Of a stretch of DNA of 29,577 nucleotides, positions 7,628 to 16,432 are shown in pieces. The notes under the pieces are model-generated. The model saw nothing but the letters and a program-made list of their open reading frames with translations. It was not told where the DNA came from and did not search any database. The stretch's first letter is position 1, and every line of letters begins with the position of its first letter. The position numbers and the translations under genes are program-made. Source of the DNA: a virus (Duplodnaviria > Caudoviricetes); IMG/VR virus record IMGVR_UViG_3300012971_000065, positions 1 through 29,577 of that record, one strand, 5' to 3'.

Positions 7628-9031
7628 ATGAAAGCGAGGCAACAGGCGCAGCCCGCTGAGACCGTCGAGAGCTGGCCGCTCGCCAAGATCGTGCCCTATC
7701 CGAATAATCCGCGTACTCATCCCGATGCGCAGATTGAGCTGTTGGCGCGGCTCATGTCCGAGCACGGCGTTGATCAGCCGATCGTCGTCGATGAGGCCGG
7801 CGTGATCATTAAGGGCCATGGCCGTCTACTCGCGGCCAACCTCGCCGGAATGCGGATGTTCCCGGTCGTAGTCAAGCGCGGCTTGACTGAGGAGCAGAAA
7901 CGGGCCGAGCGCCTGGCGGACAATCAGATAGCGCTGCTCGCCGGCTGGGACCGCGACTTTGTGCGGCTCGAGCTGGGTGAGCTGCAACTTGCCGGCTACG
8001 ATATACCGTTGCTGGGTTTCGATGCGGTCGAGCTCGCGAGCTTTCTCGATGCCAGTCCTGGCTTGACTGATCCCGAAATCGCGCCGGAGCCGCCGGCCGT
8101 TCCGGTATCACGGCTAGGTGACCTTTGGCAGCTGGGCCGGCACCGATTGTTATGCGGCGATGCGACAAAAGCCGAAGATGTGGCTCGCTTGCTCGGAGGA
8201 GCTGAGCCGCATCTGATGGTGACAGATCCGCCGTATGGTGTCGACTACGATCCGGCATGGCGAAATGAAGCGGCTGCCAAAGGTTATTTAGCCTATGCAG
8301 GAAAACGTATAGGCCAAGTTTCAAATGATGATCGCATTGATTGGCGCGAGGCGTGGGCGCTGTTTCCTGGCAATGTTGCCTATATCTGGCACGCCGGTTT
8401 GTATGCCAGCACGGTTCAAGCAGGAATTGAGAGCGTAGGCTTTGAAGTCCGCTGTCAAATCATTTGGGCAAAATCGAATTACCCTATTAGCCGTGGGCAC
8501 TATCATTGGCGGCACGAACCTTGTTGGTATGCGATTAGAGAAAAGCAAAATGGTAACTGGCAAGGCGCACGCGATCAAACTACGCTATGGCAAATTAATC
8601 TTGATCGGAATGTTGAGGGCGGCCATTCGACGCAAAAGCCGGTCGAGTGCATGAAACGACCGATTGAGAACAATTCGGCGCCGGGCGATGCTGTCTATGA
8701 TCCCTTCGTTGGCTCCGGAACGTCGATTATTGCCGCAGAAATGACGGCGCGGCGCTGCTTGGCAATTGAGATTATGCCGGGTTATTGCGACGTGGCAATC
8801 GAGCGCTGGCAACATTTCACTGGCAAGCAGGCCGAGCTAGATGGGGTGACCTATGCAGCCATCAAACGGCACCGTCTTAAAGCGCGACCAACGCGAGGCC
8901 GACGACGATCTAGTGAAATCGTTGCTCGTGGCCTATCAAGCGATCAAGGAGCGAATGGCAAAGGGCGGGCCGGGCTGGACGCCGCGCGAGCCAAAAGAAA
9001 AGGGCGGCCAGAAGCCGCCCTGAGTGGGTAG
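7628..9031 (+). CDS. ParB-like N-terminal domain fused to an N6A/N4C DNA methyltransferase (beta class)
   Basis: PYPNNPRTH, PIVVDE..IIKGHGRLLAA, RLADN (ParB); HRLLCGD, VTDPPY, HSTQKP, YDPFVGSGT (catalytic motif precedes SAM motif). Confidence 0.92.
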   Translation: MKARQQAQPAETVESWPLAKIVPYPNNPRTHPDAQIELLARLMSEHGVDQPIVVDEAGVIIKGHGRLLAANLAGMRMFPVVVKRGLTEEQKRAERLADNQIALLAGWDRDFVRLELGELQLAGYDIPLLGFDAVELASFLDASPGLTDPEIAPEPPAVPVSRLGDLWQLGRHRLLCGDATKAEDVARLLGGAEPHLMVTDPPYGVDYDPAWRNEAAAKGYLAYAGKRIGQVSNDDRIDWREAWALFPGNVAYIWHAGLYASTVQAGIESVGFEVRCQIIWAKSNYPISRGHYHWRHEPCWYAIREKQNGNWQGARDQTTLWQINLDRNVEGGHSTQKPVECMKRPIENNSAPGDAVYDPFVGSGTSIIAAEMTARRCLAIEIMPGYCDVAIERWQHFTGKQAELDGVTYAAIKRHRLKARPTRGRRRSSEIVARGLSSDQGANGKGRAGLDAARAKRKGRPEAALSG

Positions 9032-9051
9032 CTGGCCGCGGTCATCTCAAG

Positions 9052-10023
9052 ATGAGATTGCTTCGACCGAGCTTCGGATGGTGTGCTCCCGCCGCCGCTC
9101 CTCTCTACCGGGCGCCGTTCGTCAAACACATGCATTCGCTGCTGCGCAGCGGCTTTTATGCCCGCGGCCTGAACGCCGACGATCATGCCTTCATCGCGTA
9201 TGTGCGGCAACACGGTAGCGCCAATGGTGAGCTGCCGCACGAAGGCAACGGCCTTGTCACCGAGGGCATCTACTTTAGCGAGGAACAAGGCTTCTGGAAC
9301 GAGCATTGGGCAATCGAAACCGGCGTCATGCGACGGCTCGGAACTGGGCGTGTATTGCCGCCGCAAGTGCTGGAAGCGCGTCGGTTGGCCCGATTGGAAA
9401 GCAAGGGCGATACGACCTGGACGCAGAACGAGCCCGAAATGAGGCGCGCGCGAACCGCCTGGAAGAAAGAGCAGAAAGCATTGGCGTTGGAACGCGAGAA
9501 GCGGCTGCAGCAGGCCATGCTCGCCGACAATGAGTGGAATCGGGCGCGGCGAGAAATGCTGGAAAAAGACAACGGTTGGGAAAAGATAGGACGTTACCCA
9601 AGGCCGGAGCAGGGCGAGGTGTGGCGTAAGCGGCATTATGTGCCAGAATGGAAGCGCGCTGAATTGGCTGCGCAGATCCCACCGCAAGAAGCGCCAGTAG
9701 CGCCAGTCGCCGACTTGAAACGGCGGCCGACGAGTTTACCGATTTATCAAACGGTGGAGGTAAAGCATCTCTCTGCGCTGCTTCACAGCTACAAGCGAGA
9801 ATGGTTGGAGCTGCGAATCGAAGACGGGGCAGAATGCGGCTTTATGCCTGATGGCACGAGACCGGACACCGACGTGCCGCCGCGCGGCCGCGTCTACGCA
9901 TTCGAGAATCTATTGTGGCTACACGAGGGCGACCTGCCGCTGCTGGCGTCGCGTCCCGGCATCGAGATTCTTTTTGTCAATTCGAATACCCACGTCGTTC
10001 ATGCGCGACAAGCCGCCATCTGA
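9052..10023 (+). CDS. Hypothetical protein (start uncertain)
   Basis: 323-aa ORF in operon orientation with a central coiled-coil-like stretch. Confidence 0.55.
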   Translation: MRLLRPSFGWCAPAAAPLYRAPFVKHMHSLLRSGFYARGLNADDHAFIAYVRQHGSANGELPHEGNGLVTEGIYFSEEQGFWNEHWAIETGVMRRLGTGRVLPPQVLEARRLARLESKGDTTWTQNEPEMRRARTAWKKEQKALALEREKRLQQAMLADNEWNRARREMLEKDNGWEKIGRYPRPEQGEVWRKRHYVPEWKRAELAAQIPPQEAPVAPVADLKRRPTSLPIYQTVEVKHLSALLHSYKREWLELRIEDGAECGFMPDGTRPDTDVPPRGRVYAFENLLWLHEGDLPLLASRPGIEILFVNSNTHVVHARQAAI

Positions 10024-10264
10024 GCAGCAGGTCCTTGGCCCGGGGATGACGCGGCAAGCCAACTGCGTTTGCTGCGAAGGGCCACTGACTGTCGAGGATG
10101 GCGATCGATGCGTCGCGTGCCGCCCACGATTAAGCCGAGAGGCAGAGGCGATCAACACGCAGCGGCGCGTCGAGCGCGATGCCATTGTCGCGCTTGAGCG
10201 CGAGGCAGAGCATATTGCGACGCTGATCAAGCGACTGAAACGGAGGCTGCGATGGCAATCCTGA
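10001..10264 (+). CDS. Small protein with CxxC...CxxC zinc-finger-like motif and coiled coil
   Basis: 'NCVCCEG...RCVACR'; overlaps both neighbours. Confidence 0.5.
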   Translation: MRDKPPSEQQVLGPGMTRQANCVCCEGPLTVEDGDRCVACRPRLSREAEAINTQRRVERDAIVALEREAEHIATLIKRLKRRLRWQS

Positions 10265-10509
10265 GTGCGATGACGATCAGGGACACGGCGGATGTGAGGG
10301 CAAAGCTGCTGCGTGTCTGGCGGCTGGTCGACGACAAGAAGATCACGGCGTCGGAGGCCCGGCTGCATATCGGCTTGGCCCGCGCCATACTTGACACGCT
10401 CAAGGTGGAAATAGCGATGGCGCATCTCAATCGCTCGCAGGTACCGAGCATTCCAGTGGCGCCGGCAATCAGTATTTCTACGCGAGCAACCCGGCAGAGT
10501 TGGCCATGA
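10252..10509 (+). CDS. Hypothetical protein
   Basis: 85 aa, GGAGG RBS. Confidence 0.65.
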   Translation: MAILSAMTIRDTADVRAKLLRVWRLVDDKKITASEARLHIGLARAILDTLKVEIAMAHLNRSQVPSIPVAPAISISTRATRQSWP

Positions 10510-10583
10510 TCCATCCTTTTTTTCGACCTGATCATCAGGCGGCGGAGGTCATCCCGCCGCAACGGGCCAAAGCCCGTTTCACT

Positions 10584-11291
10584 TTAAGCCTTGCGGCCGT
10601 AGTAGCGAGTTGGCTGGCCTTCCACCTTCTCCTTCTTGAGTTTGAGACCGGCAGCTCTGGCCTGCTGGGGTACACTCACCGAGGGCCAGCGCACTCCATC
10701 GGCGGCTTCGGTTGCATCCAAGATGTCCTTCATGGTGCAGCCGCCAGCGCGCAACAGCAGCTCGCCGATCAGCTCGACCTTGCTTTTGCCGTTAGTGGCT
10801 TTCGCCTTCGCCTTAGGCTTCGCTCGTTTAGCCGCTGCTTTGCCCTCTTGCTCCATCAGCTTGGCGAGCTGCGGCTTGGCTTTCGTCTTCTTAGCGGTAA
10901 CGACCGACTTGTTCGTCCGTCGCGGCGGGATCGGAAGCTTGTCGGGACTCTTCACTTCTGTACGCACGTTAGTCTCCTTTGGTTTATCGGCTCGGATGAT
11001 GGCAAGAGCGGCTGAGCCGGTGGCCGGCATCTTGGTGGTTTCGCCCGTCTTCTTCGCGAGCATCTTCTCGACACGCACGCGGGACTTCTCCTTACGCGTT
11101 TCCGCTTGCGCGGCAGCGAGAGGAGACTTCTGGATTGATGCTTTTGGCATGACGGGTACGGCGGCGCGCTCGCGTGCAATGATCTCGTCGATCCTCTCTT
11201 TGGCCTCCTTCTTTTGCTTTGCCGACATATTGGCATTGCGATCAAGGGCGGCCGGTATTGGACCGGGATCGGTAGGGTCGTTTTCGTTCAT
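10584..11291 (-). CDS. Lys/Ala-rich protein with C-terminal DUF3489-like winged-helix domain
   Basis: 'SKVELIGELLLRAGGCTMKDILDAT...W...GLKLKKEKVEG..TRYY' matches the DUF3489 pattern; AAGGAG RBS. Confidence 0.7.
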   Translation of the reverse strand: MNENDPTDPGPIPAALDRNANMSAKQKKEAKERIDEIIARERAAVPVMPKASIQKSPLAAAQAETRKEKSRVRVEKMLAKKTGETTKMPATGSAALAIIRADKPKETNVRTEVKSPDKLPIPPRRTNKSVVTAKKTKAKPQLAKLMEQEGKAAAKRAKPKAKAKATNGKSKVELIGELLLRAGGCTMKDILDATEAADGVRWPSVSVPQQARAAGLKLKKEKVEGQPTRYYGRKA

Positions 11292-11433
11292 GGGCTAAGG
11301 CTCCTTATTCGGCCAGAATGGCCGCGTCGGACACATGGCGTGGAACGTCCAGGATGTCCAGTTAAAAGATAGGGAATAGGCCGAAATGGGCCAAAACAAG
11401 CCGTTTATTTGAGCTCGGGAACTCGAAATATAA

Positions 11434-11463
11434 CTGGCATCCCCGGCCATAATGGCCTATATT
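11434..11463 (+). promoter_or_regulatory. Candidate promoter CTGGCA-N18-TATATT with GGCC-N5-GGCC in the spacer
   Basis: ctggca tccccggccataatggcc tatatt upstream of the rightward small-gene cluster. Confidence 0.45.
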
Positions 11464-11508
11464 ATAGAGGCCGGATGCGCCGTCTTTTTTCAAAAGGAGA
11501 AAGAGAAC

Positions 11509-11790
11509 GTGAATACGATCAAGAAGCTAGTCTTAGCCCCCATCGCAATGCTCGCGCTTGCGACTACTGCAGCTCATGCCTCTTCGGCGGATATCACCCG
11601 ATGGGAGAACCTTAACGAAAAATGCGTCTATTCCATAAAACTCTCGGATGAGGAACGCGAGCTGCTTTGCGCTACTGCAGATAGATTGCGGGAGAAACTT
11701 CTGGCTCAAGGCTATTGCACTTATGGCCACGGCGAAGTTGGTCGTTCCAGTAGAGATAAGAAACATTGCTATGCGCGGGTGACGAAATGA
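11509..11790 (+). CDS. Small secreted protein (signal peptide, four Cys)
   Basis: GTG start after AAGGAG; 'KKLVLAPIAMLALATTAAHA' signal peptide. Confidence 0.7.
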   Translation: MNTIKKLVLAPIAMLALATTAAHASSADITRWENLNEKCVYSIKLSDEERELLCATADRLREKLLAQGYCTYGHGEVGRSSRDKKHCYARVTK

Positions 11791-12035
11791 GGACCATCGT
11801 CGAATCCCCGCAGGCTCGCATGCGTCGTGAACTCGGCTTACCAGAAAAGGTAGGCCGTTCTCGTTTCCGAGTGGACGATTACTTCCCATTTTCGTGCGGC
11901 GAGCATGTTTGTCGCCACGACGACGAGCGCCACGTTGGCCGCGTTATCGCTGTCATCAGCAATGCCGTTCGCGTTCGCTGGGAGAACGGCTGGAAGGAGG
12001 ATTGTGAAATGCGCGATCTACGGAGGGCGTCATGA
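11787..12035 (+). CDS. Hypothetical protein (possible SH3-like barrel)
   Basis: ATGA-coupled; 'GEHV...VGRVIAV...VRVRWENG'. Confidence 0.6.
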   Translation: MRTIVESPQARMRRELGLPEKVGRSRFRVDDYFPFSCGEHVCRHDDERHVGRVIAVISNAVRVRWENGWKEDCEMRDLRRAS

Positions 12036-12226
12036 GAGGCTTGGTCGGTTTTATTCTCACGGTGGGTCTTCTCGCCGTAGTGACCGGCGGCGATGTGCGT
12101 GTATTAGCGCTCGTCTTCGTCGCGCTTCTGGTTGCTGTTCCCTATTGGCTAATCACTCGTGGCTTGGGCTCTGTGCTCGGCGTCCGCGAGGGACTGCTCC
12201 GCGATGATTTGAGGAGGAAAGAATGA
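12032..12226 (+). CDS. Small membrane protein
   Basis: Two hydrophobic segments, GGAGG RBS, ATGA-coupled. Confidence 0.65.
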   Translation: MRGLVGFILTVGLLAVVTGGDVRVLALVFVALLVAVPYWLITRGLGSVLGVREGLLRDDLRRKE

Positions 12227-12423
12227 GGCGCCGCATTATCACGAGGCATATCTATCCGCCGATCTCGGACCGGCGCTGGGATTGGTGCGCCTATCACGAC
12301 GGCGATGAAGAGCTGCCGCACCTGTATGGCTGGGGTTCAACTAAGGAGGAGGCGGTCGCCGATCTTGCTCAGATCGACGAGGAAATCGTTGATGAGATTC
12401 TGACGCGGAGGGATGCGTCATGA
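12223..12423 (+). CDS. Hypothetical protein
   Basis: AGGAGG RBS, ATGA-coupled; 'GWGSTKEEAVADL'. Confidence 0.7.
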   Translation: MRRRIITRHIYPPISDRRWDWCAYHDGDEELPHLYGWGSTKEEAVADLAQIDEEIVDEILTRRDAS

Positions 12424-12596
12424 CGCATAAGCATGTCTACCGCTTTAGCCGCTATTGCGGCGTTGGCGTGTGCATCGACTGCGGCGAGCACCAAGGGCTC
12501 GAGCGCTGTTATTGCGGTTGGAGCAAGACCGCGCCGGGCCGCGGCCGCGAGGAACTGATCGAGATGGGCGAGACCATCGAACCGGAGGACTATTAA
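12420..12596 (+). CDS. Small Cys-rich protein (58 aa; not in the ORF track)
   Basis: MTHKHVYRFSRYCGVGVCIDCGEHQGLERCYCGWS...; GGAGG RBS, ATGA-coupled, stop abuts the next ATG. Confidence 0.7.
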   Translation: MTHKHVYRFSRYCGVGVCIDCGEHQGLERCYCGWSKTAPGRGREELIEMGETIEPEDY

Positions 12597-12797
12597 ATGA
12601 TCCCGCGCTCCATGCTGCGCCCCGGCCTGCGCATTCGTCGCCGTCGACGGTTCCAAGACGATCTGCTCGGTACAGTTGTTCGATTCGATGAGTACCGCAT
12701 CATTATTTGCTGGGATGATGAGGACATTAATCGCGTAGTCGATTTGGATGGCGACGTCGTTCCTAATTTGGAGATTGAGCCATCAATCACCCCTTGA
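12597..12797 (+). CDS. Hypothetical protein
   Basis: 66 aa, GGAGG RBS. Confidence 0.65.
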   Translation: MIPRSMLRPGLRIRRRRRFQDDLLGTVVRFDEYRIIICWDDEDINRVVDLDGDVVPNLEIEPSITP

Positions 12798-13051
12798 CCT
12801 ATTTGCTGCTCAAGCGAGCCGGACACGGTTCGGCAAAGGCATGCGAGATCATCTTGGATGCTAGCCGCGGCGATCAATGGGCGCTGTTCTGGATAAAAAT
12901 GCTGCGGCGGATCGAGCGGCTCCGGGAGAGCTGTATCGACTGCGGCCGGCGGCGACATAAGCGCTACCGCCGCTGCCGCGATTGCATGACATGGACGTGG
13001 TCGCTGGTTTCCCGCAAGGGCTTGTTCAAGCGGCAGGAACGGGAATGCTGA
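12794..13051 (+). CDS. Hypothetical protein with CxxC...CxxC
   Basis: Fills the gap between coupled genes; CIDC...CRDC. Confidence 0.45.
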   Translation: MTYLLLKRAGHGSAKACEIILDASRGDQWALFWIKMLRRIERLRESCIDCGRRRHKRYRRCRDCMTWTWSLVSRKGLFKRQEREC

Positions 13052-14046
13052 TCGACGATTTGATTGCCGGTGGTGCCCCGGCGAGCGGTACGACGATCGC
13101 TCCCATCCTCGAGCGACTACGGGCGGCGCATAAGTTCGCAATCGCACCGGATGCGACGGCAGTGGCAGATGCGCTTGCCAACGACTATGGCGGGCTCACG
13201 CGCGCGTTTGCGCATTGCCGAATTCCGTTCGCAGAAACCTGGCTTGAATTCGCGCATATGGACCGGCCGAACTTCGCCAATGCGCCAGTGCAAGCGCCGC
13301 ATTTTCAGATGCGGCCGCATCGGGTCGGCTATCTGCTGAGCGCGCTGCGCAACGATCTTTCTGCCTGGAAAGCGCATTTGTTTTGGTCGATCAATGACAA
13401 CCAATGCTCAACCGCGCCGATGGCGATGACGTTCGACATGACGCGGCCGCTCGGCGGTCGATTGACGCTGCCGACCGAGGAGCAGAACGCAAGGAGGCGG
13501 CTGGCGCAGCAACAGCGCGGTATTGTCGACGTAGACCAGGTCGATGTGCACCCTGGCTGGAAGGCTGGAACCGATGCGCAGCGGCTCACGATGCTGCAGC
13601 ACACGCTCCCGACAACAACGGATTTTCCGCCGCCGCCGCCGCTCGGGCTGATCACCAAGCAGGAGCGCGATAGGTTCTACGAGATGGTTATGGATCTGGC
13701 GGCGTCGGATTGGGCTGGCGAGCCGTCGTTTCTGCTGGCACTGGTCGGGCTGCTAAACGCGCGCAATGCGGTCGAGACTGAGCTGGTCGATCAGGCGCGG
13801 CTCAATCGGGCGCGGGTAAAGCGCGGCAGGCTGCCATTTTTCGAGCATCACGTGCTGCGGATCGCAAGGCGGCAGATCGTTCGCATTTACGGTGAGGCCG
13901 GAGCGCGCGGCAACCACGCGCCGATGCGCGGGCACTTCGTGCGCGGTCACTGGAAGGTCAGGCGCACCGGTATTTATTTCTGGCATCCGCATGCGCGCGG
14001 CGACTTCCGGCGTGGTCGGATCGACAAGGACTATGAATTAGCATGA
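13045..14046 (+). CDS. Conserved phage protein with C-terminal HxVRGHW motif
   Basis: 'RGHFVRGHWKVRRTGIYFWHPHARG' C-terminus; start at ATG 13045. Confidence 0.7.
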   Translation: MLIDDLIAGGAPASGTTIAPILERLRAAHKFAIAPDATAVADALANDYGGLTRAFAHCRIPFAETWLEFAHMDRPNFANAPVQAPHFQMRPHRVGYLLSALRNDLSAWKAHLFWSINDNQCSTAPMAMTFDMTRPLGGRLTLPTEEQNARRRLAQQQRGIVDVDQVDVHPGWKAGTDAQRLTMLQHTLPTTTDFPPPPPLGLITKQERDRFYEMVMDLAASDWAGEPSFLLALVGLLNARNAVETELVDQARLNRARVKRGRLPFFEHHVLRIARRQIVRIYGEAGARGNHAPMRGHFVRGHWKVRRTGIYFWHPHARGDFRRGRIDKDYELA

Positions 14047-14068
14047 TAAAGGCTAAAATCGCACGCCA

Positions 14069-14371
14069 ATGAGCGACATCGACGATGATAAATTCGTCAC
14101 AGCTTGGTGGAGCAAGCAAAGCTTGCGCGAGCTCGCCGAGGAGTTAGGCGTCGCGCAATACGTGCTCGAACGCGAATGGCGGCGGCTCAAATATGTGGGC
14201 CGCCTACCGCAGGCCAAGCGTGACATGGCCGGGCGAGCCTCGGCATGGGAGCGGGACGGGGATCAGCCGCCGTTGTGGGCGCGCGATCGGCTGCTGGAAA
14301 GGTTGCGAGAGGAGCATGGCGATCCGCGCTATGATTTCTATTTCGCAATGCGCAAATCTTCGGCAAATTGA
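14069..14371 (+). CDS. HTH protein (GcrA N-terminus-like)
   Basis: 'DDDKFVTAWWSKQSLRELAEELGV'. Confidence 0.55.
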   Translation: MSDIDDDKFVTAWWSKQSLRELAEELGVAQYVLEREWRRLKYVGRLPQAKRDMAGRASAWERDGDQPPLWARDRLLERLREEHGDPRYDFYFAMRKSSAN

Positions 14372-14402
14372 CGTGGTTGGTCAGCATGTGGGGTGAGGGT
14401 GA

Positions 14403-14510
14403 ATGACAATTCCCTATTGGTTGTTCTTTCTCAACTTGGCCGCCTACTGTGTGCTCGGCATGGCCATCGGCTACAGGATGAGGGATGCTCGTGACCGAAG
14501 ACCTCGTTGA
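14403..14510 (+). CDS. Small membrane peptide (35 aa; not in the ORF track)
   Basis: MTIPYWLFFLNLAAYCVLGMAIGYRMR...; GAGG RBS. Confidence 0.45.
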   Translation: MTIPYWLFFLNLAAYCVLGMAIGYRMRDARDRRPR

Positions 14511-14748
14511 CCGGCTGCAGATTTATGCCGATGCCTATGACTCACGCGAGGCTGCGGCTGAGATCAAGCGGCTGCGCGAGGATAATCGCATGTTGAGCGA
14601 GGTTGAGTCGGAGACTTGGAAGGCGATGCGGCTTGAGATCGAGCGGCTACGGGCGGCGCTGCAAGCTATTTTGGACGAGAGCGACATGAGGGATTTTTGC
14701 TTGTGGGACGCACAGCAGATAGCGCGGCGCGCGTTGGAGCGGAGATGA
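14491..14748 (+). CDS. Phage coiled-coil protein ('DLVDRL...EAAAEIKRLR' family)
   Basis: Repeated EI(K/E)RLR motif; GTG start. Confidence 0.65.
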   Translation: MTEDLVDRLQIYADAYDSREAAAEIKRLREDNRMLSEVESETWKAMRLEIERLRAALQAILDESDMRDFCLWDAQQIARRALERR

Positions 14749-14960
14749 ACTTCGACGAGCCTGCCAAGGTTGCCGATGTGGCTTGCCTACGCGCTGAAAT
14801 GGCGGTCGAGCTTGACGGGCTGCGCAAGGAAATCGGCTGGCTGCGCGAGGCGGTAAGCGTGCTGATCAATCGGGCGCTGCCGTCGCAGATGGAAATCAAA
14901 CGTTCCGACCAGTCTCCATTCACGCCGGAGTTTGTGCGGCGAATGCGGGTGCGGGAATGA
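14745..14960 (+). CDS. Hypothetical protein
   Basis: ATGA-coupled, GGAG RBS. Confidence 0.6.
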   Translation: MNFDEPAKVADVACLRAEMAVELDGLRKEIGWLREAVSVLINRALPSQMEIKRSDQSPFTPEFVRRMRVRE

Positions 14961-15035
14961 ATGTTTGATCCGGCTGCCTTGACGAATCGGCGTGATTTAG
15001 CATAAGTCCGTCCCTTCCTTCCTGGTAAACGCCTC

Positions 15036-15066
15036 TCCCCGTCACAGCAGTGGCGGGGGATCTTTT
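15036..15066 (+). terminator. Intrinsic terminator upstream of the NusG-like gene
   Basis: TCCCCGTCAC-AGCA-GTGGCGGGGG followed by ATCTTTT. Confidence 0.65.
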
Positions 15067-15104
15067 ATTGACAGCGCGCAACGAATCGGCTTTAGGCGCG
15101 CTCC

Positions 15105-15641
15105 ATGGCTCTGCTCTGGTATGCAGTGCGGTTGCTGCCGCGCTTAGAGAACACCGCCATCGCGCTGCTCGATGAGCAGAAGTTCGATCCGTATTACCCG
15201 AAGATGCATGTGGCCAAGGCGCGCGGTGGGCGAATCACTGATGCCGTCGAGCCAGTTTTCCCCGGCTACCTATTCGTGCGCAGCGAGGACGAGCCTGCCG
15301 CTTGGCGCACCGTTAATTCGACCCGCGGTGTCTTGCGCCTGCTCGGCTTCGGTCCGGATGGCGTGCCTTGTCCGCTACGTGAGGGCGAGATCGAGAGCCT
15401 GCAAAGGCGCGAAAGATCGGGACAATTACGGCATCCGACCAGGCGCCGCATCCGCGTTGGCGATCAGGTCGAGTTCAAGCATGGATCGTTGCTTGGCCAC
15501 ATCGGGCTCGTCAACATGATCAGGCGTCAACGCATTCAGGTCTTGCTCAGCATGTTCGGTGGCGCTACGTTGGTGCAGACGCCGAGAGATTGGTTACGTC
15601 TGGCGGAGGCTTCCAAGGGGCTGGAGCGCGTCGTTGTTTGA
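15105..15641 (+). CDS. NusG/RfaH-family transcription antiterminator
   Basis: WYAV, PVFPGYLFV, VNSTRGVLRLL (NGN domain); 'IRVGDQVEFKHGSLLGHIGLV' (KOW). Confidence 0.9.
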   Translation: MALLWYAVRLLPRLENTAIALLDEQKFDPYYPKMHVAKARGGRITDAVEPVFPGYLFVRSEDEPAAWRTVNSTRGVLRLLGFGPDGVPCPLREGEIESLQRRERSGQLRHPTRRRIRVGDQVEFKHGSLLGHIGLVNMIRRQRIQVLLSMFGGATLVQTPRDWLRLAEASKGLERVVV

Positions 15642-15666
15642 GCGACGCGAAGTCGCGGAGCGTCGA

Positions 15667-15954
15667 GTGAAACCAGCAACCAGGAACCAAGCCGATGACG
15701 TGCTGCCAGCATTCTGGCCGCGCGGAAATCCTAGGCTGCACCGCGAAGTAGCCTGGTGGCTGGACGACAAGCACCTCGGCATCATCGTCCTCGATCTCAT
15801 CGACCGCGACTATGGCTTCGTACTGCTGTCCCGCGATCCAGTAGAGTTCCTGGATGCTATAACTTCATATCCAACCCAGGAGCAGGCGGAAGCGAAATTG
15901 CATGAGCGCGCTATGCACCGCGCGCGCGGACTAGAGACTCATGAATTTACGTGA
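15667..15954 (+). CDS. Hypothetical protein
   Basis: GTG after GGAG; 'LGIIVLDLIDRDYGFVLLSRD'. Confidence 0.55.
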   Translation: MKPATRNQADDVLPAFWPRGNPRLHREVAWWLDDKHLGIIVLDLIDRDYGFVLLSRDPVEFLDAITSYPTQEQAEAKLHERAMHRARGLETHEFT

Positions 15955-16432
15955 TCTTTCACGCCCTAGCGATGGCGATTATAGCTCGCCACCACCTAAA
16001 CGCAGGCGCCCAAGACGCAGCCTCGCTAAGCTCCGCGCCGAGGAGAAAAAGCTGCGCCATGAGGTGAATGCAATGCGGCACCGCGGGCAGATGCCGGCGA
16101 TCGACCGTATGCGTGAATTCCGCGACTACTTGCGCCAATGCGTGGCGGCCGTGCAGCCGTTCTCTTCGGACGGCACCGTGCGGCCTGGCAGCAACATGGA
16201 GCTGTTTTTCAAATTCAGCGATCTGTTCATCCGCATTTGTGCTGCCTCCGCGCCATATGAAACGCCGCGCCTCGCCGCGGTAATGTTCAGGGAACAGATG
16301 GATGAGCAGGAAGATGGAACTTATGCCACCGTCTGGGAGATGCATACGCGGCTGATCAAGCGCGGCATTCCCGTCCCGCAGATCGAGGGGCTTGTCATCG
16401 ATGCAACTCCTGACGACGGCATCGCCGGCTGA
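15941..16432 (+). CDS. Putative terminase small subunit
   Basis: Directly upstream of and overlapping TerL; 'AASAPYETPRLAAV' motif. Confidence 0.6.
   Translation: MNLRDLSRPSDGDYSSPPPKRRRPRRSLAKLRAEEKKLRHEVNAMRHRGQMPAIDRMREFRDYLRQCVAAVQPFSSDGTVRPGSNMELFFKFSDLFIRICAASAPYETPRLAAVMFREQMDEQEDGTYATVWEMHTRLIKRGIPVPQIEGLVIDATPDDGIAG

Noticed and set aside
10636-11298. Long shadow ORFs (e.g. 10636..11298 +, 3272..3973 +, 27157..27933 -, 8944..9687 -)
   Set aside because: They are antisense to better-supported genes, which is expected in high-GC DNA.
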